Shown piece by piece: positions 22,481-33,054 of a DNA stretch of 64,000 nucleotides. The position numbers and the translations under genes were made by a program. Every line of letters begins with the position of its first letter. Within the stretch, counting starts at the first letter, position 1. The DNA lies in assembly GCA_963169165.1 (NCBI GenBank), contig CAUJFL010000093.1:1849-65848 (forward strand), given 5' to 3'. The stretch comes from Myxococcota bacterium. GTDB taxonomy: Bacteria; Myxococcota_A; Polyangia; Polyangiales; Polyangiaceae. The notes under the pieces were generated by a model, which worked only from the letters and a program-made list of their open reading frames with translations, did not search any database and was not told the DNA's origin.

Positions 22481-23503
22481 GTGGGGATGTCTCCCCGCCT
22501 CCTCTCGCTGGTGCTGTGTCTCTCCACCGCGTGCGCGACCGGGATGGCGTCACGCACAGAAGAAGAGCCTCCAGGCGATCCAGCAGCGGCGAGCGCGCCG
22601 GGGAGCGCGGGCGCGACGGGCGGCGGCGGCGCGGGCACGACGAGCGGCGGCAAGTCGAACGGCAGCGCGGGCGCGGCGAGCGGCAGCGCGGGCGCGGCGA
22701 GCGGCAGCGCGGGCGCGGCGAGCGGCGGCGCGGGCGCGGCGAGCGGCGGCAAGGCGAGCGGCGGCAGCGCGGGCGCGGCGAGCGGCAGCGCGGGCGCGGC
22801 GAGCGGCGGCAAGGCGAGCGGCGGCAGCGCGGGCGCGACGAGCGCCGGAGGCTCCGGCGCGGGAGGTGACGCAGGACAGACGGGCGCAGGCGGCGACGCA
22901 GGCGCGGGCGGCGACGCGGGACAGGCAGGCTCGGGGCAGGCCGGCGCGGGCGGCGACGCTGGGCAGGCAGGCTCGGGGCAGGCTGGCTCGGGCGGTGACG
23001 CCGGACAGGCTGGCGCGGGCGGCGCGGCGTCGGGAGGCTGCGGCGACGGCGCCGTGGCTCCCGGTGAGCAGTGCGATGATTCAAACAAAAATAACGGAGA
23101 CGGCTGCTCCGCGAGCTGCCAGTGGGAGACGAACTGCCAGGCTGACAACCCCCGCGTCACGCTCGCCTGCGGCGACTCCCACAAGGACTCGTTCTCCGGC
23201 AACTTCGGCGACGTCGAGAACCTGTGCGGAAAACCTTACAAATACCAAGACCAGATCTTCGAGTTCACGCCGGTGGCGAGCGGCAAGGTCACCGTCTCGT
23301 ACACCGCGAACGGCGATCCGAAGGACATGTCCATCTTCTTGATGAAGGGCTCGTGCCACTCGAAGCTCTGCGTGGCCGACTCGAGCGCCGGGGCCGATCG
23401 GCATACGCTGACGTTCGACGCCGAGCTCGGGGTCAAGTACTACATCGATCTCGAGGCGCCGTCGGATCAGCCCGGCTACACGATCACGCTCAGCTGTCAG
23501 TGA
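22481..23503 (+). CDS. lipoprotein with G/A/S repeats and Myxococcus-type cysteine-rich repeat
   Basis: The signal is 'LVLCLSTAC'. Tandem GSAGAAS repeats are present. 'CGDGAVAPGEQCDDSNKNNGDGCSASC' matches the myxococcal cysteine-rich repeat. A C-terminal beta-rich domain ends in 'YTITLSCQ'. Confidence 0.8.
   Translation: MGMSPRLLSLVLCLSTACATGMASRTEEEPPGDPAAASAPGSAGATGGGGAGTTSGGKSNGSAGAASGSAGAASGSAGAASGGAGAASGGKASGGSAGAASGSAGAASGGKASGGSAGATSAGGSGAGGDAGQTGAGGDAGAGGDAGQAGSGQAGAGGDAGQAGSGQAGSGGDAGQAGAGGAASGGCGDGAVAPGEQCDDSNKNNGDGCSASCQWETNCQADNPRVTLACGDSHKDSFSGNFGDVENLCGKPYKYQDQIFEFTPVASGKVTVSYTANGDPKDMSIFLMKGSCHSKLCVADSSAGADRHTLTFDAELGVKYYIDLEAPSDQPGYTITLSCQ
22661..22843 (+). repeat. tandem 21-bp coding repeat (GSAGAAS)n with interspersed 15-bp GGKAS unit
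   Basis: The units ggcagcgcgggcgcggcgagc at 22661-22681, 22682-22702 and 22703-22723 are identical. 22724-22744 has 1 mismatch. Further copies lie at 22763-22783, 22784-22804 and 22823-22843. Confidence 0.85.
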
Positions 23504-23506
23504 GCG

Positions 23507-24340
23507 TCACGAGCCCGAGCGCACGTCACCGAGCGAGCTGACGTCGAAGTTGAACGCGCGCGTCCCCGAGGACACCGTCACGCGGATCGTGTCGCCGTCG
23601 ACGCGCGAGAACGCGAGGGTCATCGAGCGCTCGCTCGGCGCGACGAGCGTGTACGAGCCCGCCTGCGGCACCGGATCGACCCAGCGCGCCTCGACGCCGC
23701 GGATCGCCAGGTCCCATTTGCCGCGCTCGCCGGTCCACGAGCGCGCGCCGTCGACCTTGATGCCCTCGACGACGCCGCCCGGCAGCGGGGTCTGCGTGCG
23801 GTCGCCGGTGCCCTTGCCCGAGCGCCCGTCCGCGAGCCGCGTCCAGGTCAGCTCGTGCTGGACGCGCCTGCTCTTCGCGCTCGCGCTCCAGGTGACGGAG
23901 GCGGTCCCGTCGACCTTCAGGCGCTGGTTGGAGACGCCCACCCAGGCGTGGCGCACCTCGACCTCGCCGGGCGCGGTCTTGATGACCTCGATGGTCTGCA
24001 CGCCGCTGTAGGTCTGCCCCCGGTAGACGCAGGCGCCCGGACGCTTGCCGTACTCGACCGACAGCTTGCCGGCCGCGAGCGTGAGCTCCGCGCAGGGGAG
24101 CTGCGACTGGATGAACGAGCGGATCTCGTCCGCGGCCTGCTCGACCGCCGCGCCGATCGTGAACGACGTCGACAGCTCGATCGTGTTGGCCGTGAGCGTC
24201 GCGGCCTGCCCGTCGAGCGACGCCTCTTCGACCGCCTGCGACGCCTCGCCGAGCGACATCGGCGCGTCGGATTCCTGTTTTCTGGGGCAGCCCGTCAGCG
24301 CCACCGCCGCCACCGCCGCCCACCAGATACGTGCCTTCAT
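23507..24340 (-). CDS. hypothetical lipoprotein
   Basis: I trimmed the start to ATG 24340 (MKARIWWAAVAAVALTGCPRKQ, lipobox). The mature part is beta-rich and the frame has high GC3. Confidence 0.7.
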   Translation of the reverse strand: MKARIWWAAVAAVALTGCPRKQESDAPMSLGEASQAVEEASLDGQAATLTANTIELSTSFTIGAAVEQAADEIRSFIQSQLPCAELTLAAGKLSVEYGKRPGACVYRGQTYSGVQTIEVIKTAPGEVEVRHAWVGVSNQRLKVDGTASVTWSASAKSRRVQHELTWTRLADGRSGKGTGDRTQTPLPGGVVEGIKVDGARSWTGERGKWDLAIRGVEARWVDPVPQAGSYTLVAPSERSMTLAFSRVDGDTIRVTVSSGTRAFNFDVSSLGDVRSGS

Positions 24341-24399
24341 CACCGCGTCCTCCAGCCCGCGCGAGGCTAACACGCGGCGGCGCGCTCGGCGCCAGCGGC

Positions 24400-24426
24400 T
24401 TGACGGACCCTTGTCCGTGTGAGAAT
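24400..24426 (+). promoter_or_regulatory. candidate promoter for tig (extended -10 type)
   Basis: TTGACG (24400-24405), 15 nt, then TGtGAGAAT with the hexamer at 24421-24426. This lies 28 nt upstream of ATG 24454. Pattern match only, and the spacer is short. Confidence 0.3.
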
Positions 24427-24453
24427 GGCGTCGCCCCTTCGAGGTCTCCCGCC

Positions 24454-25725
24454 ATGAACGTCACCGTCGAGAAGCTATCGCCCGTCCTCATCGAGCTCGC
24501 CGTCGAGATCCCGCAGCCGCGCGTCTCCGCCGAGGTCGAGCGCACCTTCAACGAGTACGCGAAGACCGCCAAGATCCGCGGCTTTCGGCCCGGAAAGGCG
24601 CCCCGCGAGGTCATCGCGCACATGTTCGGCGGCCAGGTGAACGCCACCGTCACGCAGAAGCTCGTCGACGACACGCTCCCCCGCGCGCTGTCCGAGAAGA
24701 CCATCACGCCGCTCGCGACGCTCGCGATCGTCCCCGACAAGCTCGACCAGAAGGCCGCGTTCTCCTACCGCGCGCGCTTCGAGGTGACGCCCGACATCGA
24801 CGACGCCAAGTACGAGGGCTTCGCCGTCAAGAAGCCGAAGTCGGACGTCGACGCGGCCGAGATCGACCAGGGCATCGAGCAGCTCCGCGTCGAGCACGCG
24901 ACGCTCCGCGTGCCCGAGCCCGCGCGCGCCGCGAAGGCGACCGACACCGTCTTCTTCGATCTGACGCTGGATCTCGACGGCGCGCCGCGCGCCGACGCGT
25001 CGTCCAACGACGTCGAGGCCGAGCTCGGCAACGGCACGCTGATGCGCGAGCTCGACGACGCGCTGACGGGCGCCTCGATCGGCGACACGCGCGACGTCGA
25101 GGTCACCTTCACCCAGGCGCACCCCAAGAAGGATTTCCGCGGCAAGAAGGGCACGTTCCACCTCGAGCTGAAGGAGATCAAGGAGCGCGTGCTGCCCGAG
25201 GTCGACGCCGAGTTCGCGAAGGACTGCGGCGACTTCGACGACGTCGCCGCGCTGCGCGCCCACGTCGAGAAGGGCCTGAAGCGCCAGAAGGACCAGGCCG
25301 CCGAGGACATGGTCGCCGAGCAGATCGTGGTCGAGCTCTGCAAGGCCAACCCGATCCCGGTGCCGCCCAGCCTCGTGCGCCAGCAGCTCGAGGTCACGCA
25401 GCAGGAGCTCGCCGCGCAGGCGCGCCGCATGGGTCAGCGCTTCAACCTCACCGAGGAGCTCCGCGCCAACCTGCAGGCCGACAGCGAGATGAAGGTGCGC
25501 GCCGGCCTCGTGATGGCGACCATCGCCAAGAAGGAGGGCGTGATCGTCAACGACGACGACATCGAGAAGGCCTACGCCGAGCTCGCCGAGCAGACCGGCA
25601 AGAACGTCGCCCGCGTGAAGGCGGACTACCGCGACGCGAAGCGCCGCGAGGTGCTGATCGGCATGATCCTCGAGGACAAGATCCTCGACATCATCGAGAA
25701 GAAGTCGAACGTCGAAGTGGTCTGA
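24454..25725 (+). CDS. tig: trigger factor
   Basis: I trimmed the start to ATG 24454 (MNVTVEKLSPVLIELAVEIP). The ribosome-binding signature 'GFRPGKAP' is present. Length is about 423 aa. Confidence 0.93.
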   Translation: MNVTVEKLSPVLIELAVEIPQPRVSAEVERTFNEYAKTAKIRGFRPGKAPREVIAHMFGGQVNATVTQKLVDDTLPRALSEKTITPLATLAIVPDKLDQKAAFSYRARFEVTPDIDDAKYEGFAVKKPKSDVDAAEIDQGIEQLRVEHATLRVPEPARAAKATDTVFFDLTLDLDGAPRADASSNDVEAELGNGTLMRELDDALTGASIGDTRDVEVTFTQAHPKKDFRGKKGTFHLELKEIKERVLPEVDAEFAKDCGDFDDVAALRAHVEKGLKRQKDQAAEDMVAEQIVVELCKANPIPVPPSLVRQQLEVTQQELAAQARRMGQRFNLTEELRANLQADSEMKVRAGLVMATIAKKEGVIVNDDDIEKAYAELAEQTGKNVARVKADYRDAKRREVLIGMILEDKILDIIEKKSNVEVV

Positions 25726-25747
25726 CGCCCTCGGCGTTCGACCCCGT

Positions 25748-25795
25748 GCGCGCCCGGAGCGACCCGCTCGCCCTGGGCGCGCGTCGCTTTGTCTC
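25748..25795 (+). terminator. possible intrinsic terminator after tig
   Basis: GCGCGCCC (25748-25755) pairs with GGGCGCGC (25775-25782). There is an inner GAGCG/CGCTC stem. It is followed by gtcgCTTTGTCT, which is a weak U-tract. Confidence 0.3.
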
Positions 25796-25853
25796 CGCCC
25801 GCGCGAGGCGCACCGCCGCCGCGCTTGCATTTGTCCGACACGCGCGTAAGTGA

Positions 25854-26570
25854 ATGACCCCGATGAAGACCCCCGAGACCCGTGAGCAGGCGTTGTCTGT
25901 GCTGGAGAGCGCGAGCGGCAAAGAGTTCATGCGCCAGCAAGAGGCGGCGCGGGACATGATCATCTTCCCGCAGGTCTACGAGACCACGCACCGCGGCGAG
26001 CGCGTGTTCGACCTGTTCAGCCGCCTGCTGAAGGATCGGATCGTGTTCCTCGGCTCCGACGTCAACGACGACGTCGCGAACATCATCATCGGGCAGTTCT
26101 TGTTCCTCGAGAGCGAGGATCCAGACAAGGACGTGCAGCTCTACATCAACAGCCCCGGCGGCGTGATCTACGCGGGCCTCGCGATCTACGACACCATGCA
26201 GTACGTCCGCTGCCCCGTCTCGACGATCTGCCTCGGCCACGCGATGAGCATGGGCGCCGTCCTGCTGACGTCGGGCCACAAGGGCAAGCGGTTCGCGCTG
26301 CCCAACGCGCGCATCATGATCCACCAGCCGCTGGGCGGCGCGCGCGGCCAGGCGACCGACATCGAGATCGAGGCCCGCGAGATCCGCTACCTGAAGGAGC
26401 GCCTGCTCGACATCGTCGTCGAGACCACGGGCCAGACCAAGGAGCGCGCCGCGGCCGACATGGAGCGCAACTTCTACATGTCCGCCGTGCAGGCAAAAGA
26501 ATACGGCCTCGTCGACGAGGTGTTCATCTCGAAGAAGCTCAAGGAGAGCCGAGAGAATTCGTCGAAGTGA
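25854..26570 (+). CDS. clpP: ATP-dependent Clp protease proteolytic subunit
   Basis: '[13 protein letters not shown]', catalytic-Ser context '[11 protein letters not shown]' and 'MIHQPLGG' are present. The N-terminal extension makes the exact start uncertain (alternatives are ATG 25863 and 25929). Confidence 0.92.
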   Translation: MTPMKTPETREQALSVLESASGKEFMRQQEAARDMIIFPQVYETTHRGERVFDLFSRLLKDRIVFLGSDVNDDVANIIIGQFLFLESEDPDKDVQLYINSPGGVIYAGLAIYDTMQYVRCPVSTICLGHAMSMGAVLLTSGHKGKRFALPNARIMIHQPLGGARGQATDIEIEAREIRYLKERLLDIVVETTGQTKERAAADMERNFYMSAVQAKEYGLVDEVFISKKLKESRENSSK

Positions 26571-26623
26571 CCGGGCGCTTTACTTGCCCGACCCAGACCC
26601 CCTTCCTAAGGTGAACCGACCAC

Positions 26624-28102
<1,479 letters not shown>

Positions 28103-28115
28103 CGCGGGCTGGGTG

Positions 28116-29336
28116 TCACGCGCCGCCGTCGACGACGAAGCTCGCGTGCAGCGCGCGCTGGGCGTCCGCGAGCGCCGACGGCTCGATGCGCGCGACGAGC
28201 GACAGCGGGCCGGCCTCGAGCCCGCGGACCTTGGCGCCCGCCGCGCGGAGCGCCTCGGTGAACGCGACGAGCGGGCGTCCGGTCGTCGAGAGGCCGTCCC
28301 CGACGACGCCGACCGCCGCGAGCCCCTCGACCAGCTCCAGCGCCGCGCCGCCGACGCGCTCGAGCGCGCGCCTGGCGCGGGACCAGTCGGGGACGTTGAG
28401 CAGCGGCACGACGAACGCGCCGCCGTCCTCGCGGACCGACGCGTCCTTCAGCGGGATCTCCTCGTCGCGGGCGACCCGCGCGAGCTCCTCGAACGCGGAG
28501 AGCGACGAGACCTTGCCGACGACCAGGTTCTGCTCGGCGACGACGGCGCGCGCCGCGTGGGCGGGGTTCGCCGTCTGCGCGCGGACCTGCGTCTCCCGAG
28601 GGCCCGCGCCGCGCTCCCACGGATCGAACGTCGAGCGCGCGTGGATGGTGATGCGCGCCTTCCTCGCCCACTCGACGGCCTGGGCGTTCAGCACCTTGGC
28701 GCCGCGCTCGGCCATCTCCTGCAGCACCGAGGGATCGAGCTCGGGGAGGTGTCGGGCGTCGGGCACCACGCGCGGATCGGCCGAGTAGACGCCGTCGACG
28801 TCGCTGTAGATCTCGCACCGATCGGCCGACAGCGCCGCGGCGAGCGCGACGGCGGTCGTGTCGGTGCCGCCGCGCCCGAGCGTCGTGATCTCACGCTTGT
28901 AGCTCATGCCCTGGTAACCGGCGACGATCACCACGCGGCCGCGCGAGAGCTCGTCCTCGATGCGGTGGGGCCGGACCTCGATGATGCGCGCGTCGAAGTG
29001 CCGATCGTTCGTGATGATGCCGCTCTGCGAGCCGGTGAACGAGATGGCCTCGCAGCCGCGCGCCGCGATCGCGATCGCGAGCAGCGACATCGACACGCGC
29101 TCGCCCGTCGACACGAGCATGTCGATCTCGCGCCTCGGCGCGGCCGCCGCTGCCCCCTCTCCGGCCGCCTGTCGCGCGAGGGCGAGCAGGTTGTCGGTCG
29201 ATTTGCCCATCGCGCTGACGGTGACGACGACGTCGTGGCCCGCGCGCTTCGCGGCGACGATCTTGTCCGCGACGCGGCCGAGCTTCTCGACGTCGGCGAC
29301 CGAGGATCCACCATATTTCTGGACGATGACCGCCAT
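28116..29336 (-). CDS. lysC: aspartate kinase
   Basis: 406 aa. 'VQKYGGSSV', 'VVVTVSAMG' and C-terminal ACT-like repeats are present. Confidence 0.95.
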   Translation of the reverse strand: MAVIVQKYGGSSVADVEKLGRVADKIVAAKRAGHDVVVTVSAMGKSTDNLLALARQAAGEGAAAAAPRREIDMLVSTGERVSMSLLAIAIAARGCEAISFTGSQSGIITNDRHFDARIIEVRPHRIEDELSRGRVVIVAGYQGMSYKREITTLGRGGTDTTAVALAAALSADRCEIYSDVDGVYSADPRVVPDARHLPELDPSVLQEMAERGAKVLNAQAVEWARKARITIHARSTFDPWERGAGPRETQVRAQTANPAHAARAVVAEQNLVVGKVSSLSAFEELARVARDEEIPLKDASVREDGGAFVVPLLNVPDWSRARRALERVGGAALELVEGLAAVGVVGDGLSTTGRPLVAFTEALRAAGAKVRGLEAGPLSLVARIEPSALADAQRALHASFVVDGGA

Positions 29337-29519
29337 GTGGCCCGGCTAGCACCCGGACGAAGCGTGGGCCAAGATCGGCCTCGCGTCTTTACCAGCGGCG
29401 GCGCTTTCTCTTATCCTCGCCTCCTCCGCCTGGCCACGCCGGCCGCGCGGCATCGCCGTCCCCGTGAAGGCTCCCTCTTCCTCGCGCCGCCCACAGCCTC
29501 TGAAGGCGCCAGGGGCCAT

Positions 29520-30008
29520 GTGATCGACTCGGAGCGCGACACGGACGTCCTGCTGCTGCTGATGAGCATCAGCCCGCAGTGGGACGAGATCGAGCGGGTG
29601 CGGACGTCCGCGCATGACCGACTGCTGTCCCCGTACGGTGTCGATGTCGCGGACGCCGTGTCGATGGCCGCCGCGGAGCTCGCCGAGAACGGGGTGAAGT
29701 ACGGGACGGGCGACGTCATCATCGCGCTGCGCGAGCTGCCGGGCGCCGTCGAGGTGTCGGTGACCAACGACACCGGCGGCTCGGCCTCGCTCGACGCCAA
29801 GATCGCCTGGATCCGGGCGTGCGCGTCGCCCGAGGAGGCCTACCGCCAGGCGCTCGAGGGGGTCGTGCTCGGGGGCGTCGTGCAGACCGGCGGGCTCGGG
29901 CTCGTGCGGATCGTCTACGAGGGGGGCTGCGAGCTCTCCGTCGAGCATCAAGACGACCGGGTCACCGTTCGCGCGCGGCGCGCGGTCCCGGCGCGTGACG
30001 CGGTGTGA
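29520..30008 (+). CDS. HATPase_c-type ATP-binding protein (RsbW/SpoIIAB-like anti-sigma kinase fold, tentative)
   Basis: This is the C-terminal part of the 631-aa track ORF. The N-box-like motif is 'AAAELAENGVKYG' and the G-box-like motif is 'QTGGLGLVRI'. I chose the in-frame GTG at 29520 (alternative ATG 29562). The upstream part of that ORF is antisense to lysC. Confidence 0.6.
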   Translation: MIDSERDTDVLLLLMSISPQWDEIERVRTSAHDRLLSPYGVDVADAVSMAAAELAENGVKYGTGDVIIALRELPGAVEVSVTNDTGGSASLDAKIAWIRACASPEEAYRQALEGVVLGGVVQTGGLGLVRIVYEGGCELSVEHQDDRVTVRARRAVPARDAV

Positions 30009-30541
30009 TCCGCGTCAACGCGCTCCTGGCGGCTGCGCTGGTCGTCGCCTGCGGACAGTCGGACGAGGCGCCGAGCTGTCCGTCGGGCGTCCGGCTGAAC
30101 GGCCAGTGCCTGGTCGCGAGCGATGGCGGGGGCGTGCCGGACGCGACCACCGGACCGAGTCCGGGCGCCGAGTGCGACGAGCCCGCCGTGCTCGCGTGCG
30201 CGGCCGAGTCGCTCGACGTGCTGTCGTGCCCCTCCGGTCGCTATGAGCGCGTCGCCGTCTGCGCGGCCGACGCGCCCTGCGTCGAGCTGCCCGGCCGCAC
30301 CAGCGTCCACTGTGGGATCGGAGAGCTGGCGCAGCCCATCGCCCTCGCCGACGCACCGTGCGCGGCGCCCGGCGCGGCGTCGTGCTCGCCCGACCGCGCG
30401 TCGCTGCTGTCGTGCGACGCCGGGGTCTGGCGCGTGCTCGAGGCGTGCGCCGCGAAGCTCGCCTGCGGTCGCACCCCCGCGAACACGAAGGGCCCAGGCT
30501 GGTCATGCCCGGGCCCCTCGGCGTGCGCTGTCTGTAAGTGA
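30005..30541 (+). CDS. cysteine-rich lipoprotein
   Basis: The GTG start overlaps the previous stop (GTGA, 30005-30008). The signal is 'LLAAALVVACGQ'. It contains repeated 'LSC..G.W..V..C' modules. Confidence 0.65.
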   Translation: MIRVNALLAAALVVACGQSDEAPSCPSGVRLNGQCLVASDGGGVPDATTGPSPGAECDEPAVLACAAESLDVLSCPSGRYERVAVCAADAPCVELPGRTSVHCGIGELAQPIALADAPCAAPGAASCSPDRASLLSCDAGVWRVLEACAAKLACGRTPANTKGPGWSCPGPSACAVCK

Positions 30542-30542
30542 T

Positions 30543-32462
30543 TCACGGGACGATCCTGGCGTCGCGCAGGCGCCAGAAGTGCTTCTCGCCGTCGGCGTCG
30601 ACGCGCACGCCCGGGCAGCCCGCGGCGTCGACGTCGGACAGCCGCCGCACGGTCACGCGACGACCCACGAACGGGCTCATCGTGTCGGCCCAGTTGCTGT
30701 CGCCGTTGACAGCGCGGTGACGCCCCAGCTGCAGCCGGGTGCCCGAGCGGATCGTGCCGAACACCGCCGAGGAGACGGTCTTGCCGCACTCCTGGCTGAT
30801 CGCGCCGAGCGGCAGGTTGACGAAGATCTTGTTCGAGGGCAGCTCGGTCATGTGCTTGCGGTTGATCGACGACGTCTCCACGCCGAAGCCCGAGAGCACC
30901 GACAAGATCTCGTCGACCTGCGAGGTCGAGGCGCCGCTCCACTTGATGTTGTTGTCGGAGTTGGGTGAGCCGAGGACGCTGGTGTCGGACCAGCCGCGCG
31001 CCTTCAGCGCCCGCGCGATCTCGTTGCCAGCGGAGTGGTCCGCGGGGTTCATGAAGAGCACCACCTCGGCGGTCGACTTGGAGATCCCGCCGCTCGGCGC
31101 CGCGATCGACGAGCCCGAGCCCACGCGGCTGCCGGTCGGCAGGTTGACGAAGATGTCGGTGTCCTTCGGGCCGAAGGCCGTCGACATGCGGTTGATCTTG
31201 CCGACGTCGCCGCCCATCCCGCCGACGACGCCGACGATCTCCTCGACGTAGGACTTCGGCGCGCCGCCCCACTTGATGTTCATGTCGGGGTTCGGGCCGA
31301 CGTTGGTGTGCGCGAGCGAGTAGCCGCGCGATTTGAGCTGCGCGACGATCTGCTCGCCCCACGTCTGGTCGGCGGCGAAGATGACGACGTTCACCGCCGA
31401 CTTCGAGATCGCCGCGGACGCGACCGACGACGGAGGGGGCGCGCTCGTGGTGACGACGAGATCGTACTTGCCGTCGTAGCCCCAGCGGTACGAGTTGGTG
31501 CTGCCGTCCGGCCAGCGCACCTTGACCCAGCCGGTGCCGTCCTCGCCGACCACGGTGCCGGCGCCGCTCTTGTCCTGAGCCTGCCATTTCCAGTCGGGGC
31601 CGCGCGAGACGCGCGAGCCGATGGCGGGCGCGGGGCGCGCGGCCGAGGTGCGCGCGGTCGGCGCGGGCAGCGGGGGCGCCGAGGTCGGGGTCGCGACCGT
31701 CGGCGCGCGCCCCTCGATGGAGATGAGCCCGATGCGGAGCGGGACGCTGCAGCGCGGGTGCTCCACGCCCTCCTTCGCGGCGGCCTCGCACGACTCGGGA
31801 TCGCCGGCGCTGTCGAGGCGCTCGCTCTTCGAGGCGCTGCCCCCCTTCGCGCCGCCCACCGCGAACACGCTGCCGCCGCCCTCGACCTCGCTGAGGTCGC
31901 CCGCGACGAGCGTGAAGCCGCCGAGGTAGACGGTGCTGATGACGTGGGTCGCGCGCGCGCAGTCGGGGCCCTTCAGATCGGCGGGCGTGAAGGACCGCCC
32001 CGCGGGGATCGCCGAGAGGCCGACGAGCCGATAGTCGGTGCGGAGCGCGCGGTTGCCCTTGAGCTTGCCGCTGAGGCGCGCGGCGCCGAGGGGCAGCTCT
32101 GCGTAGAGCTCTTCGGAGTTGCGCGCGACCTTCGTCTGCTCCTCGGGGTACTGCGAGTATTTGTACTGCGCGCCGGGACCGATGCAGTTCGGCAACAGCT
32201 CGAGCTCGACGTTGCAGCCCTTCGCTTCGTAGCGTACGGCGACGACACCCTCCTTGCGGAGGCGCGACAGGTTGCCGCGTGAGCCTGGGTCCCACGCCAT
32301 CAGATCGGGCTCGGTCTGCGGGCGCACCGCGCTGCACGACACGGCCGAGTCGAAGCCCTTCTGCGCAGATTTTCCGTCTGTCGCGGGCGGCTTGGGACCG
32401 CAGGCGGTGAGGGCGAACGTCGCGGTGAGCAGAGCGCCGGAGAGCGGGAGGTAGCGTGCCAT
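30543..32462 (-). CDS. lipoprotein with MIB/HERC2-like domain and two LytR_C-like repeats
   Basis: The signal is '[11 protein letters not shown]'. Residues 281-337 are '[54 protein letters not shown]' (MIB/HERC2 pattern). Residues 357-442 and 467-551 are an internal duplication (VV.F....G..IA..LK.RG.......G.N.D.NIKW.GA....V.EI......FVNLP). Confidence 0.8.
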   Translation of the reverse strand: MARYLPLSGALLTATFALTACGPKPPATDGKSAQKGFDSAVSCSAVRPQTEPDLMAWDPGSRGNLSRLRKEGVVAVRYEAKGCNVELELLPNCIGPGAQYKYSQYPEEQTKVARNSEELYAELPLGAARLSGKLKGNRALRTDYRLVGLSAIPAGRSFTPADLKGPDCARATHVISTVYLGGFTLVAGDLSEVEGGGSVFAVGGAKGGSASKSERLDSAGDPESCEAAAKEGVEHPRCSVPLRIGLISIEGRAPTVATPTSAPPLPAPTARTSAARPAPAIGSRVSRGPDWKWQAQDKSGAGTVVGEDGTGWVKVRWPDGSTNSYRWGYDGKYDLVVTTSAPPPSSVASAAISKSAVNVVIFAADQTWGEQIVAQLKSRGYSLAHTNVGPNPDMNIKWGGAPKSYVEEIVGVVGGMGGDVGKINRMSTAFGPKDTDIFVNLPTGSRVGSGSSIAAPSGGISKSTAEVVLFMNPADHSAGNEIARALKARGWSDTSVLGSPNSDNNIKWSGASTSQVDEILSVLSGFGVETSSINRKHMTELPSNKIFVNLPLGAISQECGKTVSSAVFGTIRSGTRLQLGRHRAVNGDSNWADTMSPFVGRRVTVRRLSDVDAAGCPGVRVDADGEKHFWRLRDARIVP

Positions 32463-32514
32463 CGATCGGTGAGTCTACCGCTCGGCCCGACGGTCGCGCT
32501 AGTGTTCGCGTCCG

Positions 32515-33024
32515 ATGCTCGATCTCACCCGACGGCTCCTCTTGGTCTCCTGCGCGTCGCTCGCGCTCGCCTCCGGCTGCGGCGGCGCGCCCCAGTCGGC
32601 CGCGCACCCGAAGCTCAACCAGGAGGTGAGCCTCACGCTGCCGTCCAACGAAGGTCAGCTCGTGACGGTGCCGCTGCGGGGCAAGCGCGCGGTCGTGCTC
32701 GACTTCTTCGGGCCGACCTGCAAGCCCTGCGAGAAGGCCGTGCCAGCGCTGCAGGCGAGGCGCGGCGAGCTCGAGGCCAAGGGCGCGGAGCTGGTGCTCG
32801 TCGCGGTGCTCGGCGACGGCGAGAACTCGGACCAGGCGTCGGCGGCGCTGCAGAGGTGGGGCGTCAAGGGCGCGACGTTCCTCGTCGACAAGAGCGACGC
32901 CTCGCGCCGCGAGCTGGGTGTGCAGTCGCTCCCCTCCACGATCGTGGTCGACGACAAGGGCGTCGTGCGCTGGGTCGCCAAGGAGAGCGCGACGGCGGCC
33001 GACGTGGTCGCCGCGGTCCCCTGA
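32515..33024 (+). CDS. TlpA-family thiol:disulfide oxidoreductase lipoprotein
   Basis: 169 aa. The signal is 'LALASGC'. The thioredoxin-fold active site is 'FFGPTCKPC'. Confidence 0.85.
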   Translation: MLDLTRRLLLVSCASLALASGCGGAPQSAAHPKLNQEVSLTLPSNEGQLVTVPLRGKRAVVLDFFGPTCKPCEKAVPALQARRGELEAKGAELVLVAVLGDGENSDQASAALQRWGVKGATFLVDKSDASRRELGVQSLPSTIVVDDKGVVRWVAKESATAADVVAAVP

Positions 33025-33054
33025 GCGGCCGACGCGGAGCGCGCAGAGTCCGCC

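Noticed and set aside
22661-22843. Regularly spaced 21-bp repeats, considered as a possible CRISPR array
   Set aside because: The repeats are contiguous with no unique spacers. They are in frame inside a CDS and encode a GSAGAAS linker. No cas genes are nearby.
29337-29519. Possible lysine riboswitch or leader upstream of lysC
   Set aside because: I read the 183-nt leader on the minus strand and could not find the conserved L-box core elements. It is also shared with a divergent gene. No call can be made without a covariance-model search (Rfam RF00168).
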